Part shown: one piece after another, positions 1 to 7,091 of the stretch
Layout: each line of letters starts with the position of its first letter
How positions within the stretch are numbered: position 1 is the first letter of the stretch
Virus record (IMG/VR): IMGVR_UViG_3300023252_000018
Location: 1 to 24,161 of that record
Direction: 5' to 3' (one strand)
DNA: 24,161 bases
From: a virus
Taxonomy: Duplodnaviria > Caudoviricetes
Position numbers and translations under genes: made by a program
The notes under the pieces: model-generated
What the model saw: the letters and a program-made list of their open reading frames with translations, nothing else
The model's database searches: none
What the model was told of the DNA's origin: nothing

Positions 1-206
1 GTGCTATCCTTAGTATCACACTAGTAAATGGTATTACAAAAGAATATGATGTTACTAATACCGTTTTAAATAATTATTTGAATTGGTTTGAAAGTGCTCA
101 AGGTACTTCAACTTTCAAATTCACAAAAACCATCTCACCTTATAAAAAAGTAACTGAATATATTGTACACGACAAGATTGCTTCATTTGAAGTAAGAGAG
201 TATTAA
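1..206 (+). CDS. 3' end of a convergent accessory gene (5'-partial); C-terminus of a probable prophage cargo protein
   Basis: Open frame from base 3 to TAA at 204-206: AILSITLVNGITKEYDVTNTVLNNYLNWFESAQGTSTFKFTKTISPYKKVTEYIVHDKIASFEVREY*. It is followed directly by a hairpin. From recall, the pattern L-x-I-T...NG-x-x-KEYD...NW...EYI-x-x-DKI-x-x-FEV-x-EY resembles C-termini of Firmicutes cell-surface/adhesion-type proteins (not verified by search). Confidence 0.7.
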   Translation, partial: AILSITLVNGITKEYDVTNTVLNNYLNWFESAQGTSTFKFTKTISPYKKVTEYIVHDKIASFEVREY

Positions 207-208
207 TC

Positions 209-258
209 AAGAGACCGCCCTCCACAATGATTAAGTGGTAGAGCGGTCTTTCTATTTT
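209..258. terminator. Likely bidirectional intrinsic terminator between the convergent cargo gene and the endolysin
   Basis: Arms AGACCGCCCTCCAC (212-225) and GTGGTAGAGCGGTCT (235-249) form an imperfect stem. A T-rich tail follows on the + strand, and the hairpin lies between two convergent stop codons. Confidence 0.8.
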
Positions 259-940
259 ATTTATTTCGTCTTTGTTGAATCGTAATATACACACCAATCA
301 AACGATCCGTCGTCATGACTCCATTCTGTAAATCCTTCAAGTGTGAAGCATTAATAATACCCTCCTTTACAGCTTGGGCAATAAAGTTTTCAGTTTCAGT
401 TTTCATAGCTGGTGAACCTGGATTCCATGTATGACTCACTTTTATTTCCTCCTTCTTATCTTTCACAATTAATTGTACTTTCATTTTACTGTTACTCGGC
501 ACGATTACTTGTCCTTCTAATTTGTACCCTCTAGGCATCTTCCAATTTCGTTTCACTTCAAAATGAGGTCGGTCAATGTTGCGTGCCCAATCACCACCCC
601 ACGTAATGCCTAACTTACGAGCTATTGCTCCAACTTTTGTTAATGTATCTACATCATATAAGGATTTAGGGGGTGCCACCGCAATGTCCCATGCTAAACG
701 TGTTGTATGATTGCTGGATAGTGTCCAAGTCACTGGATAAAGACGCTTACCCTTTGCATCAAATAGTCGTGTCCGCCCCTGCTCATACAAATAATTTTGC
801 CGTGCTTGTGATCGGTAAGTTTCCGTGACGAAGATATTATTAATGCCTGCTTTAAAGCACTGTTGAAAGAGCAATCTGCATGCTGTTTGAGCCACTGGTA
901 GTAATTCGCCTATATCTCGACATGTTGTTGTAACACTCAT
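257..940 (-). CDS. Endolysin, M15 family (L-Ala-D-Glu peptidase-like, Ply500/CwlK type) with a short C-terminal domain
   Basis: Motifs ETYRSQARQNYLYEQGR, SNH...AWD, ITWGGDW and DRPHFE. ATGA overlap with the holin stop. Confidence 0.9.
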   Translation of the reverse strand: MSVTTTCRDIGELLPVAQTACRLLFQQCFKAGINNIFVTETYRSQARQNYLYEQGRTRLFDAKGKRLYPVTWTLSSNHTTRLAWDIAVAPPKSLYDVDTLTKVGAIARKLGITWGGDWARNIDRPHFEVKRNWKMPRGYKLEGQVIVPSNSKMKVQLIVKDKKEEIKVSHTWNPGSPAMKTETENFIAQAVKEGIINASHLKDLQNGVMTTDRLIGVYITIQQRRNK

Positions 941-1353
941 TGTTTATCATCCTTTTTATCATCATTGTCGATTTGAAGTTGCCTAAAAGCATTTGTTAAA
1001 AACTTCGGCACTTTCATCCCTAGCTTACCAAGATTCTCAATCATACTGATTCCTTCCATACCAATTAGAAAAAGAATCATAGCATTGCGCATAAAGTTAC
1101 CACTCTCGGTTGCTAAGTCCAGTTGCACTGCAGCAATCACCATCAAAATCATCGCCAGTTTTTTAAACAGTCCTATTAAGGCTTTTCTGCTATCAACATT
1201 TTTCACAACAAACGCAACCATGATGCCTAAAATGTAATCAATCGCCATAAAGATTACGAAGGCTTTGATTAAATGGTCAATGCCACCAACAAAATAAGCG
1301 ACCCCTATCATGGAGCCGCCTACGAGTGATGTATATAATGTGTCTGTTTTCAT
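937..1353 (-). CDS. Phage holin (Phage_holin_4_1 / toxin-secretion-lysis family)
   Basis: Hydrophobic helices with family motifs DYILG, GLFKK and EGISMIENLGKLG-x-x-VP; directly upstream of the endolysin. Start refined to ATG 1353 (MKTDTL) behind AAGGAAGG; the ORF track starts at 1374. Confidence 0.9.
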   Translation of the reverse strand: MKTDTLYTSLVGGSMIGVAYFVGGIDHLIKAFVIFMAIDYILGIMVAFVVKNVDSRKALIGLFKKLAMILMVIAAVQLDLATESGNFMRNAMILFLIGMEGISMIENLGKLGMKVPKFLTNAFRQLQIDNDDKKDDKQ

Positions 1354-1373
1354 TGGATACCTTCCTTTTTGCA

Positions 1374-1409
1374 TAATAAAAGCCCTCCACAGATGATTGT
1401 AGATGGCTT
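1374..1409 (-). terminator. Intrinsic terminator after the SDR gene, just upstream of the holin RBS
   Basis: Minus strand reads AAGCC-A-TCTACA-atcatc-TGTGGA-G-GGCTT followed by TTATTAT. Confidence 0.7.
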
Positions 1410-1443
1410 AAAATCTATTGTAATTTTACTTATTTTGAAACGA

Positions 1444-2166
1444 TTAAGCATTTAAGTCTGTTATTGAAGGGATAGTAATTTCCTTAACACATGAAACTGG
1501 TGATAAATTAATCACACATTGCACAATAGATACAATATCTTGTACAGGTATACGTGTACCTTCATATAAATCAATTGCCTTTTCTGCACCTTCTTCATAA
1601 GGTACTTCTGCTGCTAGCTCCCCTGGATTAATACAAGTGACAGCAATTTTATCTCCTCTCAAATGTTCACGTAGAGCATTTGTAATGCCTCGTAAGCCGA
1701 ATTTAGATGCAACAAATGAAACCTGTGAACTATTTGTATGTTCTAAGCCTGCCGTTGAACCAATTAAAATGACTTTTCCATTTTTAGCTTGTCTTAAGTT
1801 TGGTAGAAGCGCTTGAATATACGTAATAGTAGAAGTTAGATTTATATTGATTAAGTTGGAAATATCTTCAATTTCATCCTTATCAAATGTATAGTCATCT
1901 TCGAAACCACGCTTTTCCCATACGCCAACATTATATATTAATACATCTATTGCAATGTCTTTTAAGGTTTCCTTTAAAGCAGAGATTTGTTGTTGACTTG
2001 ATAAATCTATGGAGAGCCATTTGCGATTTACACCATCATTAATATCCAAACTTTCTGGTCGTGTTCTTGACACCATCCATACAGTATCTCCCTCTATGGG
2101 TAGACCCTTTACAAAGGCGTCACCAAGCCCTTGACTTGCTCCAAAAATAATAAAGTCTTTACTCAT
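1444..2166 (-). CDS. Short-chain dehydrogenase/reductase (SDR) family protein, moron-like; atypical active site (FxxxK)
   Basis: Rossmann GASQGLG, DVLIYNVG, GSTAG, FVASKFGLRG and INPG motifs. Start refined to ATG 2166 (MSKDF) with RBS GGAGAGG; 240 aa. Visibly AT-richer than the structural genes. Confidence 0.9.
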   Translation of the reverse strand: MSKDFIIFGASQGLGDAFVKGLPIEGDTVWMVSRTRPESLDINDGVNRKWLSIDLSSQQQISALKETLKDIAIDVLIYNVGVWEKRGFEDDYTFDKDEIEDISNLININLTSTITYIQALLPNLRQAKNGKVILIGSTAGLEHTNSSQVSFVASKFGLRGITNALREHLRGDKIAVTCINPGELAAEVPYEEGAEKAIDLYEGTRIPVQDIVSIVQCVINLSPVSCVKEITIPSITDLNA

Positions 2167-2193
2167 CCAATCTTCCTCTCCAATAACTATCTT

Positions 2194-2259
2194 TTGATTA
2201 TTTAAGATAGAAGACAATATAACAATTAAATCTATTATATTTACAATATTGATTATTTA
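2194..2259 (-). promoter_or_regulatory. Putative sigmaA-type promoter of the SDR moron with flanking 11-bp direct repeats
   Basis: Minus strand has TTGTAA (2246-2241), a TATAAT (2239-2234) and an extended -10 TG-T-TATATT (2224-2216). TTGATTATTTA occurs at 2194-2204 and 2249-2259. The AT-rich context lowers significance, and the -35 to extended -10 spacing is 19 bp. Confidence 0.45.
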
Positions 2260-2262
2260 TCT

Positions 2263-2430
2263 TCATTCTTTTGACTGAAATTCATAAATTTCACTATCAA
2301 TTTCTTGTTCTAGTTTGCTATACACCACTTGGCGCAAATTCGATAGATTTGGTACTTGATTACGCTTTTCTGGTCTTGCTAGCACATAGTTATACCAGAT
2401 GATTACAAGACCACTATGTTCATTAAACAC
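2263..2430 (-). CDS. Small phage protein, CD1375/XkdX-like (tail-fibre associated)
   Basis: GTG at 2430 behind GGAGG, overlapping the upstream stop. MFNEHSGLVIIW...QVPNLSNLRQVVYSKL resembles CD1375-family proteins (recall). Typical position after fibre genes. Confidence 0.65.
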   Translation of the reverse strand: MFNEHSGLVIIWYNYVLARPEKRNQVPNLSNLRQVVYSKLEQEIDSEIYEFQSKE

Positions 2431-2674
2431 TTGGTTCGCCTCCTTCTGATTCCTTTGCAATTAACGTGGAAAGCTCCATAATCGCCCTTTCCTGCTCTGC
2501 TAATCGTTGCTCTTGGTTCGCTATATACGTTGACATCTCCCTCATACTACTTAATAGAAGTTGGTTTTCTTTTTCTAAACGTGCAGCCTTTTCTTCAGCT
2601 GTGTCCTCGTCACCGAACTTTCTCATTTTACCCATTGTGCCATCGGGATTACGTACTTTATATTGAAATGCCAT
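2423..2674 (-). CDS. Small coiled-coil phage protein (possible fibre chaperone, XkdW-like position)
   Basis: 83-aa ORF coupled to the fibre gene by a TAATG overlap. Heptad-like C-terminal half. Confidence 0.7.
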   Translation of the reverse strand: MAFQYKVRNPDGTMGKMRKFGDEDTAEEKAARLEKENQLLLSSMREMSTYIANQEQRLAEQERAIMELSTLIAKESEGGEPSV

Positions 2675-5466
2675 TAGTCCACCGCCCCTGTTATCAGAAG
2701 TATTTTGTGATTAGATGCCAAGTCCTTACGTGTTAGCGTAATTTTTAATAAAATTCGTTGTTTGGCTTCCATTTCTTTAAGCTCAAATGTGTCCTCCACG
2801 ACACCTTGTTTGGCTGTAATTGGTGCTGTATTTACTGGTGTTAACACTGTGTATTGCTCTGGCCCACCCTTTTCCGTCATGGATAGTTCCACTTTTATTT
2901 CAAGTGCTTCATCTCGTTGAATAAACAATAAAATGCCCTTTGCAGATCCGCTTGGCGGCTCGATTTGGTAACGAGCAACGGATTGTAAAATAGGCGTTTT
3001 CACTTCTTTTTTATTTAGTTTAATGGTTTTGCTCGTCTTGGCTCCGTAGTTATCCACGACCTCAAGAACAATCGTATTTTCACACGTTATTAATTGTGCT
3101 AGCTTTACATCAAACTCCCAAGGACCACCCGAACCACTGTAAATTTCCACTTGCTCACCTGCATTAATACGTCTTGTCACTTTCACCGTGGCATTCGCAT
3201 CTTCGTCCAATACCTTACCGGATATTTTGAATTTATCGTTATCGACGACACCAGAAGGTACTACAGCATCCACCGATAGCATAGGTGCTCTGTTCGGAAT
3301 AACTGAAAACCTTCGTTCTATTTTTGAAGAGATACCTTTTTCCGTGTCTTCTGCCCATACAAACAGTCTTTGAAGCCCTTGCGATAAATTGCCTGTAATA
3401 GCCGTTTTACCGTTATAAAGCTTGCCACCTTTAAAAGTTAACTGCTTGGATAACGCAAATCTTTCCTGACTTATGTTTGTGGCTAATACCTTTCTAGGTT
3501 CATTATTAATTTGATAATATACTGTAACAGATTGGTCTGGGTCAGAATCAAAAGCTGTTCCTTCAATATTTAATGTGTCATTTTCATACAATCTAACCGT
3601 CCCTGATGGCTGCCTCAATGACACTGTAGGTGCTACATTGTGTTCAATCCCAAATACATCTGAATATACGTAATCCGAATACACATTGTTTGTATTTTTC
3701 GCTCTTACTCTTAATTGTAGTGTTTTAAGTGTCTTATCTGTCGTAATAGTTAAACTACGACTAAGCCTGTTGGTATATGGTAGTCGCATCCAAGAACCTG
3801 TGTTGTTGTAACGGTAATCGACTTCATATAGTGTAAGGTTAGCAGCGTTGGATGCACCGAATGTAATGTTAATAACTTCATTCGGTTTGAACTTTTTTCC
3901 TTGTATTGGAGATGTAAATGGACCGGGCGGTGCAATCGCTTGATTGACACGGCTACCTCTTACATACCAAAATCCATCAGTGTGTTTTCCATCCATTGGA
4001 TATGTTTCTTCTAACGCTTGAATATCAGACTGCACAAGAACCCCTTTGGAGTAAGTTATAGTTTTATCAACATAGTATTTAATCGCATCTGCGTAAAAGA
4101 ATACATTTCCATTTTCAGCTACAAAAACTTCAATAAACCTAGTAGGTTTATAAATATTTCGCTGATTTGTCTGATCAATGATTGGTTGGTAGTATTTAAT
4201 CACATCTGCGTAATTATCATTAGTCGCTTCTTTAAACCCGTGAGGATAGGTAACTCCATTACTTTCAAATTCACCTGTTTGTTGATTTAATTTAAATGCA
4301 CTATATACTTCTGCAAAATCCCACACAAACCTAAATTTAGGTAAAATCGTTTCTTTTTGAGTATAAATAGGTGTTTCAACCGTGTTAAATTTGCTCCAAT
4401 AATACATGGGCATAGTAACCATATATGTACTACTCTCGCGATATTCACTTTCTAATCCACCTGTATCAACTGCTTTAACACGCATTTTCAAGTTTGTAGC
4501 TATCGGTATTTTGTACGTTAAGCTACGTGATATTGTTTCTCCTACTTTTGAAAAAGCAGCACCATTTATAGATACTTCCCAAATGTACTTAGATAGGTTG
4601 CCATCTGCGTCTGTTGAAGCTCCTACAACGAATACTTTTGAGTCGCCTATTTCTAAAGTTCCAGAAGGTTGTGTAAAGGCTCCTGGTCGTGTTGGTGCTG
4701 TGTTGCGTTTATGCACTGTGTATGAACTACTCTCACGATATGCACTTTGTAACCCAGTTGTATCAACTGCTTTAACACGCATTTTTAAGCTTCTAGCTAT
4801 TGGTATTTTATACGTGAAGCTAGGTAATGTTGTTTCTCCTACTTTCGAATAAGCAGCACCATTTATCGATACTTCCCAAATGTATTTGGATAGGTTGTGG
4901 TTTGCGTCAGATGACGCACCCACCGTAAATACTTTTGAATCGCCAATTTCTAAAGTTCCAGAAGGTTGTGTAAATGTACCAGGGGTTGTCGGTGCAGTCT
5001 GAACAATTGAAACTCTTTCATACCAAAAACCATCAGAGTGTACGTACCCATTTACGTAGGCGGATGCAACCGCTACAATATTCGATTGAACTAATTGACC
5101 TCTACCAATCTCCTTTGGTACATTTTCCGCTTTACATTCCCAGTAATCATATGCTACAAAAAGTTGCCTTACTTCACTATATACATTTTTCACATAGTAT
5201 CGAGATCCGCTTTCCATTGATGCATGAGGGTTGTACATATAGTAATATGGGACACCCCGAGACATATTATTTCGATTATACGAGGTATAATTAGGCACTA
5301 CTTTCCCTTCGTCATCTAATAGAAAACTTTGTGCCATTCTTTCATAACCACTATCATCAGTAGAATAAGGGGTACTGCGATTACCTTTATATTCCCAAGG
5401 CCATGTATCAGGATTTGTATTATACCGTTCTACTACCTTATACTTATTCCAATAATATAGAACCAC
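2674..5466 (-). CDS. Tail fibre / receptor-binding adhesin with Fn3/Ig-like domains and two variable cassettes
   Basis: GTG start with RBS GGAGGTG. Position after the baseplate genes. Fn3-like signatures (Y-x-WEVS, MRVKAVD-x-x-GL-x-S-x-Y; LRVRAKN) and Ig-like N-x-AP...D-x-D units. Confidence 0.8.
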   Translation of the reverse strand: MVLYYWNKYKVVERYNTNPDTWPWEYKGNRSTPYSTDDSGYERMAQSFLLDDEGKVVPNYTSYNRNNMSRGVPYYYMYNPHASMESGSRYYVKNVYSEVRQLFVAYDYWECKAENVPKEIGRGQLVQSNIVAVASAYVNGYVHSDGFWYERVSIVQTAPTTPGTFTQPSGTLEIGDSKVFTVGASSDANHNLSKYIWEVSINGAAYSKVGETTLPSFTYKIPIARSLKMRVKAVDTTGLQSAYRESSSYTVHKRNTAPTRPGAFTQPSGTLEIGDSKVFVVGASTDADGNLSKYIWEVSINGAAFSKVGETISRSLTYKIPIATNLKMRVKAVDTGGLESEYRESSTYMVTMPMYYWSKFNTVETPIYTQKETILPKFRFVWDFAEVYSAFKLNQQTGEFESNGVTYPHGFKEATNDNYADVIKYYQPIIDQTNQRNIYKPTRFIEVFVAENGNVFFYADAIKYYVDKTITYSKGVLVQSDIQALEETYPMDGKHTDGFWYVRGSRVNQAIAPPGPFTSPIQGKKFKPNEVINITFGASNAANLTLYEVDYRYNNTGSWMRLPYTNRLSRSLTITTDKTLKTLQLRVRAKNTNNVYSDYVYSDVFGIEHNVAPTVSLRQPSGTVRLYENDTLNIEGTAFDSDPDQSVTVYYQINNEPRKVLATNISQERFALSKQLTFKGGKLYNGKTAITGNLSQGLQRLFVWAEDTEKGISSKIERRFSVIPNRAPMLSVDAVVPSGVVDNDKFKISGKVLDEDANATVKVTRRINAGEQVEIYSGSGGPWEFDVKLAQLITCENTIVLEVVDNYGAKTSKTIKLNKKEVKTPILQSVARYQIEPPSGSAKGILLFIQRDEALEIKVELSMTEKGGPEQYTVLTPVNTAPITAKQGVVEDTFELKEMEAKQRILLKITLTRKDLASNHKILLITGAVD
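4429..4998 (-). repeat. Tandem 297-bp (99-aa) imperfect duplication encoding two Fn3-like domains
   Basis: TGTATCAACTGCTTTAACACGCATTTT starts at 4462 and 4759. ATTTCTAAAGTTCCAGAAGGTTGTGTAAA is in both copies. Protein TAPT-x-PG-x-FTQPSGTLEIGDSKVF...YRESS occurs twice. Confidence 0.95.
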
Positions 5467-5467
5467 T

Positions 5468-6112
5468 TTACATCACCTCCACTAATTCAACATTGTATGT
5501 TTGCCAATCACCTATACGCATTTCAGCATTAACCGTATCAATTTGAACATTACTTCGAGCTACTTTTGCACCCTTTTTGTACTTACTTGAAAGAGGTTGG
5601 ACATTGATTGTATCCATACCAATTTTGGTTATCAACACGTCTTCACTATGTTCATCATCGTAAATAGTCACTTGTGTCTTTGCTGCAAAGCCTTTTACAC
5701 TAGCTACTTTTAATGTTGTTGCGCCCTTTTCCACTGCCTCGATAATTTCAGTCATCGTTTTATCTAACTTGATTTTGTTAGTGTTGCCGTCCAATGTATC
5801 GGCGAATGTTCCGGAATTATCTGGTACACGGCCGTCGAGTTCCATTTGGATTTGTAGGCGTCGTATAGTAGATGTCAGTTGTACAATCAGTTCATGAGCT
5901 AGATGAATACCTTCATCCATATGATTCATACGTTTTGCAGCTACTCTTGTACCATCGCGTATAACTTCATATTCTGGATAACCGGTAAGAGGATTCATAA
6001 TAATTTCGCCATGTTCGTCTATTTTGGGGATTAACTTGCCATCTGGTCCACGCTTCCAAATCCGATCCTTCCAATGAATTAATTCATAACGATTTTTCCC
6101 GAGAAAACTCAT
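5468..6112 (-). CDS. Baseplate-proximal tail-fibre anchor/adaptor protein (putative)
   Basis: WKDRIW...GT-x-x-x-A-x-x-MNHMDEGI followed by a coiled coil, as in N-termini of Firmicutes fibre/upper-baseplate proteins. A beta-rich segment follows. Confidence 0.6.
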   Translation of the reverse strand: MSFLGKNRYELIHWKDRIWKRGPDGKLIPKIDEHGEIIMNPLTGYPEYEVIRDGTRVAAKRMNHMDEGIHLAHELIVQLTSTIRRLQIQMELDGRVPDNSGTFADTLDGNTNKIKLDKTMTEIIEAVEKGATTLKVASVKGFAAKTQVTIYDDEHSEDVLITKIGMDTINVQPLSSKYKKGAKVARSNVQIDTVNAEMRIGDWQTYNVELVEVM

Positions 6113-6411
6113 TCTTCAACAGCTCCTTTCAATATGACAGATAAAGTAAAGACAATCATTAAGCCATCCTCACTTGGTTCAATGGACGTTGTGTACTTAT
6201 CCAATTCGATGCCTTGTGCATCAACTAATTTTGCTTTTGTCACTAAACCATGACCTTCATCTAAATACACATAAGTTTTAACGGAGTCCCCTTCAATCTC
6301 CTGTGAATCAAAGGATTTAACCATATCCTCGCCATCAATGGTCACAACAGCATGTTTGGCCATATCTCTTAAAAATGCTAGTGTTCGGTCAATTACAATG
6401 CGCGTTACCAT
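6109..6411 (-). CDS. Hypothetical baseplate/fibre-associated protein
   Basis: Overlaps both neighbours. Likely ATG at 6411 behind GAGGAG; the ORF track starts at 6420. Confidence 0.7.
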   Translation of the reverse strand: MVTRIVIDRTLAFLRDMAKHAVVTIDGEDMVKSFDSQEIEGDSVKTYVYLDEGHGLVTKAKLVDAQGIELDKYTTSIEPSEDGLMIVFTLSVILKGAVEE

Positions 6412-7091
6412 ATATCCCACTCCTCATTTGCATAAATTTCGCCACATACTGGCAAATAAACGGGATACGTGTATCGATTCATTTCTATTTCCACAGTACT
6501 GATGGTTTCCACACCCGATAGCCCCTCACAATAAACTTCTCCGCAAATAGGCAAGGAGACGGGAAAGTGTTGTTTGGATGAATCGAGCTCAATATAGTTT
6601 GTTTGAGGCAGTTTTACCGATATATATTCAAGCCATGAGCGTTTGTTTTTCGTTGCATTAACCAATTCAATTAGTCGTTGCATATCTTTACTTGCTATAA
6701 AAGGCTCGTTTACTTCAATTTTAAATCGGTATTTTTCGCCATCGTATTCAAACCATTCATATACATTGGCATTCGGGTACACAATGGAAACGACACGCTC
6801 GACTGCCCAGCGCGTTCCTTTTTTTCGATGCCAACTAATCGATGATTTAATGAGTTCTCTTTTTTGGGCAATCGTTAAATGGTGATCGTAAAAATCCACA
6901 TGCTTTTCATACGCTAGCAAATCCAATAATGGCTCGGGTAAATGATCGATACGGACTAAATCATATAGAGCGTTCGCTTCGTCGTACACTTCTTTTAACT
7001 GGATAACTGTAGCTTCAAACATCGCCACAACGACTGGATCTTGCGACAAACTGTTCGGCAATAACTTGTTATATTGATTGTGGTTAATCAT
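6405..7091 (-). CDS. Phage tail protein I (P2 gpI-like baseplate wedge)
   Basis: ID-x-LPE-x-x-LDLLA, HVDFY, HRKKGT-x-x-AV and EWFEY-x-GE-x-YRF motifs; follows J. Confidence 0.9.
   Translation of the reverse strand: MINHNQYNKLLPNSLSQDPVVVAMFEATVIQLKEVYDEANALYDLVRIDHLPEPLLDLLAYEKHVDFYDHHLTIAQKRELIKSSISWHRKKGTRWAVERVVSIVYPNANVYEWFEYDGEKYRFKIEVNEPFIASKDMQRLIELVNATKNKRSWLEYISVKLPQTNYIELDSSKQHFPVSLPICGEVYCEGLSGVETISTVEIEMNRYTYPVYLPVCGEIYANEEWDIW

Noticed and set aside
2167-2217. 17-aa N-terminal extension of the SDR (and similar extensions on holin, gp25, gpV and gpX)
   Set aside because: Downstream starts have better RBSs and match family N-termini. The SDR extension overlaps its putative promoter region.
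4429-4998. The repeat pair as DGR template/variable repeats
   Set aside because: Mismatches in the stretch I compared involve all bases rather than being adenine-specific, both copies are in-frame coding, and there is no reverse transcriptase in the window.
2263-6112. Invertible shufflon of fibre tips
   Set aside because: No recombinase, no opposite-strand cassettes and no inverted crossover sites were seen; both cassettes lie in one reading frame.
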